Assembly (NCBI GenBank): GCA_030390025.1
Contig: CM059432.1
Coordinates: 31,064,001-31,128,000, forward strand
From: Squalus acanthias
Lineage: Eukaryota
DNA: 64,000 bases
Reading direction: 5' to 3'
The notes under the pieces are model-generated. The model did not search any database. It worked only from the letters and a program-made list of their open reading frames with translations, and was not told the DNA's origin. The position numbers and the translations under genes were made by a program. Positions 1-12,120 of this stretch are shown piece after piece (within the stretch, counting starts at the first letter, position 1; each line of letters opens with the position of its first letter).

Positions 1-312
1 TCTCTGTTCATGCACCCCTTTTAGGATTGAACCCTTTAGTTTATATTTCCTCCCTCATTCTTTCTACCAAAATGTATCACTTCGCATTTTTCTGCATTAA
101 ATTTCATCTGCCACGTGTCTGCCCATTCCACCAGCCTGTCTATTTCCTCTTGAAGTCTGTCACTATATTCCTCACTGTTCACTATACTTCCAAGTTTTGT
201 GTCATCTGCAAACTTTGAAATTGTGCTGTGTACACCCACATCCGTGTCATTAATATATATTAAGAAAAGCAGTAGTCCTAGAACCGACCCCTGGGGAACA
301 CCACTTTATACT
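1..312 (-). mobile_element. CR1 LINE RT fragment (cut by window edge)
   Basis: ORF 36-239 has [10 protein letters not shown]...WQMKFNAEKCEVIHFG, typical CR1 ORF2. Confidence 0.9.
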
Positions 313-1387
313 CATGAACATGACAAAATGGCAGCCATTCTTCATTGGCTCCAGATGTCATTGGAAAGCTAAGTCATGAAGTGGATCTCAGGGTGTCCAG
401 AGGCACGAGTACTGACTCATTCATAATTTCCTTGCACACCGCCCCCTCCCCGCCCCCCCACCCCACCAAAATATATGGAATAGACAGTTTTTCTTCTTTT
501 GTAGTTGGGTATGAAAGGGAACTTAAAATAAGCATTAATTGTTCTCGTAATTCCACTGACTTGCTAAAGGATGGAAAGTAAAATTGGTTTACATTTCAAC
601 GTTGTAACACCTTGACACAAATTGGAAGACATTTCGACCTGTTTATCATATACTCTGCTTTTTCATGAGAAGCACAATCATAGTTGAGGTGTATTTCACA
701 CATCTCTGTAAAGAAGATTAAACATATCACTTCAGCTACAGCCTGACATTATCCCTGGGAGGCAAGGTAATAACTTGAACACTGTTAATCATTTGTATTG
801 TGGATTGAAGCAGTTGCCCAGGGTGATGATCAACTTTTATAAGGTGCTTTTACATTGCTTTAGTGCTGTGCTACTGGTGCTGGCTCTCATGCAGCCGACA
901 GCAACACCAAGTTAATATTATTTGGGTGAGCCTGTTACGTCTCCACAGGCAATGGACCTATTTTAAGAACATTAATGTCAGGCTGGATGCCTCGCTGGCA
1001 GCAGCCCGAAAGTAAGTCCCAGGAGTGAAGGGGTGCAGCGGCTATTAGGCCTCTCATTTACATATGTAAATTTCCTTGGAAGGAAATTACGGCATCTCCA
1101 CATCATTTACATATGTAAGAGACACAACGCATGTTTTAGTCAGCCGTCAGGAAGGCTTGAATAATGGCCCGACCCAATATCACGTCGGACGTCTTTCAGG
1201 TGTACTTTGGGCATGGGCGCAATGAGGTTCAACTTCTACCCCCAAAAGAATCTTGCTTGATTCGCTACTGGTGGGGGAGGGGAGTATATGAAGAAAAACT
1301 GGTCTTCCGGCCTTAGCGAAGCCACCTAGTGAACTTGGACGCTGCCGTCGGCTGGAGCAGATGGCACTTGCATTGCACCAAAACCAA

Positions 1388-3213
1388 TGTTTTTTTCAAT
1401 ATTCGTTCATGGAATGTGGGTGTCGCTGGCAAGGCCTGCATTTATTGCCCATCACTAGTTGCCCTTGAGAAGGTAGTGGGGAGCCGCCTTCTTGAACCGC
1501 TGCAGTCCGTGTGGTGAAGGTACTCCCACAGTGCTGTTAGGGAGGGAATTCCAGGATTTTGACCCAGCAACGATGAAGGTTCGACGATATATTTCCAAGT
1601 CAGGATTGTATGTGACTTGGAGGGGAACTTGGAGGTGGTGGTGTTCCCATGCGCCTGCTGCCCTTGTTCTTCTAGGTGGTAGAGGTCGCGGGTTTGGGCG
1701 GTGCTGCTGAAGAAGCCTTGGCGAGTTGCTGCAGTGCATCTTGTAGATGGTATACACTGCAGCCACGGTACGATGGTGCTGGAGGGAGTGAATGTTTACG
1801 GTGGTGGATGGGGTGCCAATCAAGCAGGCTGCTTTATCTTGGATGGTGTCAAGCTTCTTGAGTATTGTTGGAGCTGCACTCATCCAGGCAAGTGAAGAGT
1901 ATTCGATCACACTCCCGACTTGTGCCTTGTAGATGGTGGAAAGGCTTTGGGGAGTCAGGAGGTGAGACACTCGCCGCAGAATACCTAGCCTCTGACCTGC
2001 TCTTGTTGCCACAGTATTTATGTGTCTGATCCAGTTAAGTTTCTGGTTAATGGTGACCCCCAGGATATTGATGGTGGGGGATTCGGTGATGGTAATGCCG
2101 TTCAATGTCAAGGGGCGGTGGTTAGACGCTCGCTTGTTGGAGATAGTCATTGCCTCGCACTTGTGTGTCGCAAATGTTACTTGTCACTTATCAGCCCAAG
2201 CCTGAATGTCGTCCAGGTCTTGTTGCATGTGGGCATGGACTGCTTCATTATCAGAGGAGTTGCGAATGGCACTGAACACGCCAGGGTATGACTCCAGTCA
2301 GTGGAGAGTTTTCCCCCCAATTCCCATTGACTTCAGTTTTACTAGGGCTCCTTGGTGCTACACTCGGTCAAATGCTGCCTTGATATCAAGGGCAGTCACT
2401 CTCACCTCACCTCTGGAATTCAGTTCTTTTGTCCATGTCTGGACCAAGGCTGTAATGAGGTCGGGAGCCGAGTGGACCTGGCGGAACCCCAACTGGGCAT
2501 CAGTGAGCAGGTTATTGGTGAGTAAGTGCCGTTTGATAGCACTGTCGACGACATCTTCCATCACTTTGCTGATGATTGAGCATAGACTGATGGGGCGGTA
2601 ATTGGCCGGGTTGGATTTGTCCTGCTTTTTGTGGACAGGACATACCTGGGCAGTTTTCCACATTGTCGGATAGATGTCAGTGTTGTAGCTGTACTGGAAC
2701 AGGTTGGCTAGAGGCGCGGCTAGTTCTGGAGCACAAGTCTTCAGCACGATAGCTGGGATGTTGTCGGGGCCCACAGCCTTTGTTCTATCCAGTGCACTCA
2801 GCCGTTTCTTGATATCACGTGGAATGAATCGAATTGGCTGAAGACTGGCTTCTGTGGTGGTGGGGACCTCAGGAGGAGGCTGATATGGATCATCCACTCG
2901 GCACTTCTGGCTGAAGATGGTTGCAAACGCTTCAGCCTTGTCTTTTGCACTCATGTGCTGGGCTCCACCATCATTGAGGATGGGGATATTCAGGGAGCTA
3001 CCTTCTCCCGTTAGTTGTTTAATGGTCCACCACCATTCATGACTGGATGTGGCAGGACTGCAGAGCTTTGATCTGATCCGTTGATTGTGGGATCGCTTAG
3101 CCCTGTCTATAGTATGCTGCTTCCGCTTTTTAGCATGCATGTAGTCCTGTTTTGCAGCTTCCCCGGTTGGCACCTCATTTTTAGGTACACCTGGTGCTGC
3201 TTCTGGCACTCTG
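1388..3213 (-). mobile_element. Poly(A)-tailed CR1-group LINE (family B), 5'-truncated, with internal deletion near 2280
   Basis: ORFs 2358-3245 (GPDNIP..NYRPISL..LDIKAAFDRV) and 1455-2150 (KLDTIQDKAA); the QGSVLG/FADD segment present in the copy at 9430-9520 is missing; T-run at 1390-1397. Confidence 0.9.
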
Positions 3214-3432
3214 CAGTATAAACACGGTGGCCTGTATGATAGCAAGAGCTGCAGACAGTCTTATAGAGTCACTAAAGGAAACTGCATTACAACATAAATG
3301 GAGCTTCAACCATGTCCCTCCTCCGATTCGCCATCCCCGCTCACCCCCCCCCCCCCACCCCCCCCACCAACCCCACCACCCAACGAAAATATCCCTGCTT
3401 CCTCTAGATTTTTCCTGTATGGCAAAGACAAA

Positions 3433-4317
3433 GGGGGAGAAATTCAGTATCGCCCCATTTGGGGCGCAATTATCGGCCGGGTGCAAAGATTAGCACCTGC
3501 CGCTAATTATCGCCTCCAACTGCAAACTTGATTTTTATCGCCCCTGGAGGTGATTGGAGCGCTAAATCAGGCGCTTCACACCTGTCTTAAGGCGCAAAGG
3601 CTGAGGAGCGAGGCGCTACCTCAGAGCGCTGGCGAAGCTCATGTGATGTCAGTTAGCAATGGAACACTCACACAATGGCACCGGCCAGTTCTTAAAGGGG
3701 AGGGTTGATCTTGCTTTCCATCCACATCCTGCTCATTGCAGCCTTGAATCTCGGCCTGGAGAGACCTGTACATCAAATCTGCTGGAAAGAACAATGGAGA
3801 GAACCAGGGAAAGAGTTCAGAGTGCAGCCCCCACAGTCTCTTCTAAAGCGATACAAGGAAGGGCAAATCAAAATGAACCTGCAAAGTGCTGCTCAGTACC
3901 CAAAACTCCTTCACACAGCGTTGAATCTCTCCAGAAGTCTCTCTCTCAGAATGCGTGGTTCAAAAATGTCACCGACAATAAAAGGCAGGAAGCGGTCGCC
4001 TTTAAATAGCGCTCCCCCAGTCCCTTCCTGACTGCAAAACGCTCCCCTCAACCTGTCGTTGCTAGCGGCAGGTGGTAAGGCAGGGGGCACCACTCAATAT
4101 CCGGTCCGGGGCACTACCGGGGCATTGCGCACTCGACTGACGTCATGATCTGCCGGCGCAGGAGATCATGGCGGTAGTGTTTAGCGCCGCCGCAAAATGT
4201 CTAGTTAATTTCGCGAGCGCCGCAAACATCGCCGCGCCCGGGCGCTAGTTGCTTTGCGCCCCATTAGCGCCCTCTTAAGGCGCTAACGGGAGGCGCAACC
4301 AACTGAATTTTTCCCCC
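3433..4317. mobile_element. Non-autonomous PIF/Harbinger-like DNA transposon (MITE)
   Basis: TIR GGGGGAGAAATTCAG / CTGAATTTTTCCCCC (1 mismatch), 3-bp TSD AAA, CpG-rich subterminal regions. Confidence 0.8.
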
Positions 4318-4794
4318 AAAATATATTGTGAATGCTAAAGATCTAAAGTGACAGCAGAAAATGGTGGAAATATAGAGCAGGTTGCACAGCATCTGAAAGG
4401 TTGAAAGGTCATTTAGTGTTTTGGTTTGTAAGCCTTCATCAGAGAGACATCAGTATTGGGGAATGGATCAAGCACTGCCGGGTCGTGTGTGGAATGAGTT
4501 AGACAGAGAGTAGAACTCCCTCTGCACTGCCATAATACATGCCTCAGACCCGCTTCCAGATGTTCACCCATTCCTCCCACTAACATTGCACCTTTTCACA
4601 AATTCCCATTCCTTCATGATCTTTCTGAGAAGCATTGTCAAATTAAGGGCAGTTTTGTGCTGCGCCCTACTCCCACTAGGAGGTGGACTGAAACTATCCT
4701 GAATTCCTTTCACTTGCAACCAGCTGTCGGTGAGAAGGGACTTTCATCCTGTCTGTATGGCTGAGTTCCAAAAGGGACTAGACTGTGCTATTTG

Positions 4795-5102
4795 ATTTTT
4801 AAAAATATATTTCTCAGGATATGGACGTCGCTGGCAAGGCCAGTATTTATTGCCCATCCCTAGTTGCGCTTGAGAAGTTGGTGGTGAGCCTTCTTCTTGA
4901 ACCGCTGCAGTCCATGCAGTGAAGGTACTCCCATAGTGCTGTTAGGTAGTGAGTTCTAGGATTTTGAAGGAAGGAATGGTGATATATTTCCAAGTCAGGA
5001 TGGTGTGTGATTTGGAGGGGAACTTGAAGGTGATGATGTTCCCATGCGCCTGCTGCCCTTGTCATTCTAGGTGGTGAAGGTCACAGGTTTGGAAGGTGCT
5101 GT
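4795..5102 (-). mobile_element. LINE family B 3' end fragment
   Basis: Similar to 1400-1705 and to the reverse complement of 10110-10420. Confidence 0.85.
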
Positions 5103-5505
5103 TATAACTCACTGTAAACCCCAACCCTGCTGCCTGGCCCTCAGGTCATGAGTTGAAGCATTCTTGAAATATATTCGACTGAATTTGATAGAGAGTTGTG
5201 ACATATCTGGGCCTGTGTAAAAAGGGCATGGTTTAAAATGCTGCAAAATTTGTAATGGATATTTATTTCTACTTTGAATTCCCCAATGACTGAATGTCAG
5301 ATGGAACCCAGTCATACAAACAGGATGAAAGTCCCTTCTCACCGACAGCTGCAGGAGTTGCAAGTGAAAGGAATTCAGGATAGTTTCAATCCACCTCCTA
5401 GCGGGGGTAGGTTCACAGCACAAAACTGCCCTTAATTTAGTAGTGCTCAATCTAAATAGAGAAGTCGCACAACACCAGGTTATAGTCCAACAGTTTTATT
5501 TGAAA

Positions 5506-5542
5506 TTACGAGCTTTCGGAGCGCTGCTCCTTCGTCAGGTAA
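5506..5542 (-). ncRNA. Minimal type I hammerhead ribozyme in Penelope pseudo-LTR
   Basis: Minus strand TTAC CTGACGA A GGAGC AGC GCTCC GAAAGCTC GTAA: core CUGANGA / GAAA / UH, stem II GGAGC:GCTCC, stem I TTAC:GTAA, palindromic AGCT in place of helix III. Confidence 0.8.
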
Positions 5543-5785
5543 AGTGAGGGAATACAAATCAGATACAAAGCATATATAGACAGAGAACAATGTGTCTGCA
5601 GAGATACAATCAGTCAGGAAGGCATTACATCAAAGACACAGCAGAATACAGCTAAGACAATGAGGTGGGGTCACAGGGGGTCCAACGTGTCAAATGCTGC
5701 AGTCTGCAGTTAAGCTTTTTACTTTTTTTTTAAACTGGAAATCATATCTGTGAACAAGACAACGACGACTCTAGTCTGGATGACT

Positions 5786-7543
5786 CTACATCCTGTAGCG
5801 TGACATGAAACCAAGATCCCGGTTGAGGCCATCCTCATGGGTGCAGAACTTGGCTATCAGTTTCTGCTCGATGATTTTGCGTTGTCATGTGTCTCGAAGG
5901 CCGCCTTGGAGAACGCTAACCCACAGATCCGAGGCTGAATGTCCTTGACTGCTGAAGTGTTCCCCGACTGGGAGGTAACAATCCTGCCTGGCAATTGTTG
6001 CGCGGTGTCCGTTCATACGTTGTCTCAGTGTCTGCATGGTCTCGCCGATGTACCATGCTGCGGTGCATTCTTTCCTACAACGTATGAGGTAGACAACGTT
6101 GGCCGAGTCACATGAGTATGTACCATGTACCTGGTGGGTAGTGTCCTCACGTGTGATGATGGTATCTGTGTTGATGATCTGGCATGTCTTGCAGAGGTTG
6201 CCGTGGCAGGGTTGTGTGGTGTTGTGGTCGCTGTTCTCCTGACAGCTGGGTAATTTGCTGCGAACGATGGTACTTTTGAGGTTAGGCGGCTGCTTGAAGG
6301 CGAGTAGTGGAGGCGTGGGGATGGCCTTAGCGAGGTGTTCGTCGTCATCGCTGACATGTTGAAGGCTGCGAAGAACATGGCGTAGTTTCTCCACTCTGGG
6401 GAAGTACTGGACGACGTAGGGTACTCTGTTGGTTGTGTCCCGTGTTCGCCTTCTGAGGAGGTCTATGCGATTTTTCGCTGTGGCCCGTCGGAACTGTCGA
6501 TCGATGAGTCGAGCATCATATCCCATTCTTACGAGGGCGTCTTTCAGCATCCGTAGGTGTCCATCGCGTTCCTCCTCGTCTGAGCAGATCCTGTGTATTC
6601 GCAGGGCTTGTCCATAGGGGATGGCTTCTTTAACGTGGTTAGGGTGGAAGCTGGAGAAGTGGAGCATCGTGAGGTTGTCCGTGGGCTTGCGGTCGAGTGA
6701 AGTGCTGAGGTGTCCGTCTTTGATGGAGATTCGTGTGTCCAAGAATGAAACCGATTCTGAGGAGTAGTCCATGGTGAGTTTGATGGTGGGCTGGAACCTG
6801 TTGATGTTATCGTGTAGTCCTTTCAGTGATCCTTCGCTGTGGGTCCAAATGAAGAAAATGTCGTCGATGTATCTGGTGTACAGCGTTGGTTGGAGGTCCT
6901 GTGCAGCGAAGAAGTCTTGCTCAAACTTGTGCATGAAGATGTTGGCGTATTGGGGTGCGAATTTGGTCCCCATGGCTGTTCCGTGTGTTTGGGTAAAAAA
7001 CTGGTTGTCAAAGGTGAAGACATTGTGGTCAAGAATGAAGCGGATGAGTTGTAGGATGGCGTCTGGCGATTGGCTGTTGTTGGTGTTGAGTACTGAGGCT
7101 GTCGCAGCGATGCCGTCATCGTGGGGGATACTGGTGTAGAGTGCCGATATGTTCATCGTGGCGAGGAGTGTTCCTGGTTCAACTGGTCCATGGGTGCTGA
7201 GTTTCTGTAAGAAGTCTGTAGTGTCGCGACAGAAGCTGGGGGTTCCCTGTACGATGGGTTTCAGGATGCCCTCGACGTACCCAGAGAGGTTCTCACACAG
7301 GGTTCCGTTGCCTGATACGATAGGACGTCCGGGTGTGTTGGCTTTGTGTATCTTTGGGAGACAGTAGAAGTCTCCCACGCGGGGAGTACGTGGGATGAGA
7401 GCGCGTAGGATGCTTTGAAGGTCTGGATCGAAGGTCTTGATCAGTCTATTGAGTTGGCGGGTGTGTTCTTTGGTCGGATCTGCGGGTAACTGTCTGTATT
7501 GTTCCTGGTTGTCCAGTTGTCGGTATGCTTCTTTGCAATAGTC
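5786..7543 (-). pseudogene. Penelope RT / GIY-YIG endonuclease ORF, truncated, with premature stop at 5885-5887
   Basis: FYCLPKIHK, GTAMG, YTRYIDD, Cys linker PCHGNLCKTC, VVYLIRC..WYIGET; the second copy has CGA (Arg) where this one has TGA; N-terminal ~19 aa of ORF 5885-7600 come from flanking DNA. Confidence 0.9.
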
Positions 7544-7871
7544 CAATCTAAATAGGACACAGAGATATCTATCTCTGTGTTCACCCATCTGTGTGTGCAA
7601 GCTGCCTCATATATCCTGAATATCACACAAAACTAAAAGTACCCTAATGCCGCTATCGAATAGCATCCATTTCTCAAAAACAAATAAGAAGTGATTAAAC
7701 TTAAGGAAAAGCTCTGCCAGGAATTTCTTTCTTGTCGGGAAGATCTTCTAATTTCCAAAGATTTGAAAGTCAATAGAACAAACTGTTTAATAATTTCAGA
7801 GATGGTGATCGGAAAGTCAACTCCACTGCCATTTTTATTCAAAGGTGAAGGTAACTCTATAGTCTAATATA

Positions 7872-7959
7872 ATCACTGATAGGTACTGATCCATAGAATT
7901 CCTCCTGTATTATCACTGATAGGTACTGATCCATAGAATTCCTCCTGTATTATCACTGA
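7872..7959. repeat. 40-bp minisatellite, interrupted by a LINE; continues at 10426-10470
   Basis: Unit ATCACTGATAGGTACTGATCCATAGAATTCCTCCTGTATT x2 plus a third, split unit. Confidence 0.9.
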
Positions 7960-10420
7960 CAGAACCCAAACTGGGCATCAGTGAGCAGGTTAGTAGTGAG
8001 TAAGTGCCGTTTGATAGCACTGTCAACGACACCTTCCATCACTTTGCTAATAATTGAGAGTAGACTGATGGGGAGGTAATTGGCCAGATTGGATTTGTCC
8101 TGCTTTTTGTGGACAGGACATACCTGGGCAGTTTTCCACATTGTCAGATAGATGCCAGTGTTGTAGCTGTACTGGAACAGCTTGGCTAGAGGAGCGGCTA
8201 GTTCTGGAGCACAAGTCTTCAGCACGATAGCCGGAATGTTGTCGGGGCCCATAGCCTTTGCTGTATCCACTGCGCTCAGCCATTTCTTGATATCACGCGG
8301 AGTGAATTGAATTGGCTGAAGACTGGCTTCTGTGATGGTGGGGACCTCAGGAGCAGGCTAATATGGATCATCCACTCGGCACTTCTGGCTGAAGATGGTT
8401 GCAAATGCTTCAGCCTTGTCTTTTGCACGCACATGCTGGGCTCCACCATCATTGAGGATGGGGATATTCATGGAGCCTCCTCCTCCCGTTAGTTGTTTAA
8501 TGGTCCACCACCATTCACGACTGGATGTGGCAGGACTGCAGAGCTTTGATCTGATTCGTTGATTGTGGGATCGCTTAGCCCTGTCTATAGCATGCTGCTT
8601 CCGCTTATAAGCATGCACGTAGTCCTGTGTTGCAGCTTCCCCAGGTTAGCACTTGTGCGGCTCCTGGCATGCTCTTCTACACTCCTTATTGAACCACGGT
8701 TGGTCCCTTGGCTTGATGGTAATGGTAGAGTGAGGGATATGCCGGGCCATGAGGTTACAGATTGTGGTGGAATACAATTCTGCTGCTGCTGATGGCCCAC
8801 AGTGCCTCATTGATGTCCAGCTTTGAGCTGCTAGATCTGTTCTGAATCTATCCCATTTAGCACGGTGGTAGTGCCACACCACACGATGGAGGGTGTCCTC
8901 AGTGTGAAGACGGGACTTCATCTCCAAAATGACTGTGCGGTGCTCACTGCTACCAATGCTGTCATGGACAGATCCATCTGCGACAGGTAGATTGGTGAGG
9001 ATGAGGCCAAGTAAGTTTTTCCCTCGTGTTGGTTCTCTCACCACCTGTCGCAGGCCAAGACTGGCAGCTATATCCTTCAGGATTCGGCCAGCTCAGTCAG
9101 TAGTGGTGCTACCGAGCCACTCTTGGTGATGGACATTGAAGACCCCCACCCAGAGTACATTCTGTGCCCTTGCTACTCCAGACCGCATTACAGCCTTGGT
9201 CCAAACATGGACAAAGGAGCTGAATTCCAGAGGTGAGGTGAGAGTGACTGCCCTTGACATCAAGGCAGCATTTGACTGAGTGTGGCATCAAGGAACCCTA
9301 GTAAAACTGAAGTCAATGGGAATCAGGGGGGAAACCCTCCAATGGCTGGAGTCATACCTAGCACAAAGGAAGTTGGTTGTGGTGGTTGGTGGTCAATCAT
9401 CACAGCCCCAGGACATCGCTGCAGGAGTTTGTCAGGGCAGTGTCCTAGGCACAACCATCTTCAGCTGCTTCAACAATGACCCTTACTTCCAACATAAGGT
9501 CAGAGGTGGGGATGTTCGCTAATGACTGCACAGTGTTCAGTGCCATTCACAATTCCTCAGATAATGAAGCAGTCCATGCCCGCATGCAACAAGACCTGGA
9601 CGACATTCAGGCTTGGGCTGATAAGTGGCAGGTAACATTCGCGCCACAGAAGTGTCAGGCAATGACTATCTCCAACAAGCGAGAGTCTAACCACTGCCCC
9701 TTGACATTCAACGGCATTACCATCACCGAATCTCCCACCATCAACATCCTGGGGGTCAACATTGACCAGATACTTAACTGGACCAGCCACATATATACTG
9801 TGGCAACAAGAGCAGATCAGGGGCTAGGTATTCTGCAGCGAGTGTCTCATCTCCTGACTCCCCAAAGCCTTTCCACCATCTACAAGGTACAAGTAAGGAG
9901 TATGATGGAATACTCTCCAATTGCCTGGATGAGTGCAGCTCCAACAACACTCAAGAAGCTCGACACCATCCAGGACAAAGCAGCCCGCTTGATTGGCACC
10001 CCATCCACCACCTTAAACATTCACTCCCTCCACCACCGGTGTACCATGGCTGCAGTGTGTACCATCTACAAGATGCACTGCAGCAACTCGCCAAGGCTCC
10101 TTCGGCAGCACCTCTCAAACCCATGACCTCCACCACCTAGAAGGACAAGGGAAGCAGGCGCATGGGAACACCACCACCTCCAAGTTTCCCTCCAAGTCAC
10201 ACACCACCCTGACTTGGAAGTATATCGCCGTTCCTTCATCGTCACTGGGTCAAAATCCTGGAACTCCCTCCCTCACAGCACTGTGGGAGTACCTTCACCA
10301 CACGGACTACAGTGGTTCAAGAAGGCGGCTCACCACCACCTTCTCAAGGGCAATTAGGGATGGGCAATAAATGCTGGCCTTGCCAGCGACGCCCAGATCC
10401 CATGAACGAATAAAAAAAAA
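7960..10420 (+). mobile_element. LINE family B insertion with 5' inversion (7960-~9176 minus; ~9177-10420 plus), poly(A) tail, 9-bp TSD
   Basis: Minus part: APE endonuclease end and RT start up to FGFCQ; plus part resumes at PD(L)ITALVQTW through the 3' UTR and A9; TATCACTGA at 7951-7959 and 10426-10434. Confidence 0.9.
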
Positions 10421-11187
10421 GTACCTATCACTGATAGGTACTGACCCACTGAATTCCTCCTGTATTATCATACCCCGGGCATACCCCATCAACCAACCAG
10501 CAGTATTGTGCTCCACCTGGCTGCCCAGGTCAGGATCACAGCCTGGAACCAACATTTAAAAAATCATTTTAAGGCTGTCCCATTTATAGGAGGATTGTGG
10601 CAGAACTAAAGTAATTCTTGTAGAGGGAGAACCAACACTATGGTTGCCGCAACTGGGTACAATGTTCCTGGAATGGAAAAATCAACCAGTGTCCCAGCTC
10701 CTGATCACCATTCAGTAACCTGTACTTGATAGTGTGCATATCTGCTCTGTGACATTTCCCGAAGGTAAAATAGCCCACTAACATACAGTCAAAGCTCGTA
10801 CATGATCAATGGCCAATTGGGCGAGATATCAGAAGGCTGATGACTCCCACGGAACTGTAGGTCAGCAAAAGTCAGCTCCTTCAGAAGAGGAGATGAAAAT
10901 TGAAAAGAAAATACAACTGTGCTCAGCATTCATCATTCTGCAGATTACGTCATCCACAAAATGTTCTTAGCCATTACAGCATTGACATTTAGAGGCTTTC
11001 ACATTCGAGGACTTTCAATGGCTCTTGATAGCTTGTTGAGACTCCCAGTTCTTGTAATTAATTAAATGTAGGCGTCTGATCGTTGTGTAACTGAACGTGT
11101 CAACACAGCTGAGATGTTGCCAGTTGCTGAAAACAGGGCACTATGTAGAAGACAAAATTTATAACAAGTCCACGATATTGACTTCCA

Positions 11188-11508
11188 CCTTTCATATGAG
11201 ACGTTAAACTGAGGTCCCATCTGCCCTGTCAGGTGGAATTAAAAGATCCCGTGGCACTATTCGAAGAAGGGCAGGTAAGTTCTTCCAGTATCCTGGTCAA
11301 TATTTATCCCTTAACAAACATCACTAAAATAGATTATCTGATCATTATCCCATTTCTGTTTGTGGGACCTTGCTGTGCTCAAATAGGCTGCCGCGTTGCC
11401 TACATTATAATAGTGAATACACTTCAAAAGTACTTCACTGGCTGTAGAGCGCTTTGGGAGGTCCTGAGTTCATGAAAGACGCTATATAAATGCAAGCCTT
11501 TCTTTTTT
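11188..11508 (+). mobile_element. Deu-domain SINE (SacSINE1-like), 3' portion
   Basis: GAGACGTTAAACTGAGG...AAAAGATCCC.TGGCACTATTCGAAGAAG core and L2-like tail GCTATATAAATGCAAG; many similar copies in the window. Confidence 0.75.
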
Positions 11509-11833
11509 TCTACAATATCGTTTCCTTTTGCTTCTGAGTGTGCCTCCTCCATAATTACAGTGTGACATGTTTTCACAGCAGATGCATTCATCAACAAAAC
11601 TCATAGGAGTTACCTATTGTCAAACACTCTGCCTGATAATCTATTGTGTCATAAAGAAACCATCATTCATACCAGAAAAAAACCCAATACTACATCTTAT
11701 TTGCCAGACTTCTCAGAGGCGAAGAACTGCAAGCCAGAACAGTTTCTGCAAACTAGCAAATTACAATCATTCACAATGCAGAATCTGTTCTGATATTGAA
11801 AATATGAAGATTGATAAATTAGATGCATCAGCT

Positions 11834-12120
11834 TGGCTCAGTTGATAGCACTATCACCTCTGAGTTAGGAGAACGTGTGGTCGGAGCCCAGCACCAGGAC
11901 TTTAGCTCATGCAGCATTCATTTCCAAGGGGAAGGGTTTTTCTCCTGATCGGCCGTTGTAACTTTGGCAAAAGATCTGCGAAAACCACTGCAGAAATTCT
12001 ACCCCATAATCTAGGCTGAGACTTTAGTGCAGCACTGACGAAGTGCTGCATTGTCACGAGTGAAGTCTTTTGGATGAAACATTAAACCGAGCCCTCGTCT
12101 GTCTGTTCAGGTGGACGTAA
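11834..12120 (+). mobile_element. Deu-domain SINE 5' half (tRNA-like head), split by an LTR-like insert; resumes at 14345-14525
   Basis: A-box-like TGGCTCAGTTGATAGC; GGTGGACGTAA | AGATCCCATGGCAC is contiguous once 12121-14348 is removed. Confidence 0.75.

Larger units (their letters stand above)
5460..7543 (-). mobile_element. Penelope-like retroelement (Neptune-like), 5'-truncated, 12-bp TSD
   Basis: TSD CAATCTAAATAG at 5448-5459 and 7544-7555; RT + GIY-YIG ORF; 3' pseudo-LTR with hammerhead motif. Confidence 0.93.

Noticed and set aside
603..635. TGTAACACCTTGACACAAATTGGA (CNTLTQIG) resembles the preceding CRHR2 exon motif CNTTLDQIGTCW
   Set aside because: Spacing is wrong, no TCWP/CP continuation and no exon structure; likely chance
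5885..7600. 571-aa ORF as an intact host or telomerase-like gene
   Set aside because: N-terminus reads in from flanking DNA beyond the TSD, the element is 5'-truncated and has a premature stop
7872..7959. Repeated units as a CRISPR array or synthetic tetO array
   Set aside because: Units are identical head-to-tail 40-mers with no unique spacers, no cas or vector sequence, eukaryotic context
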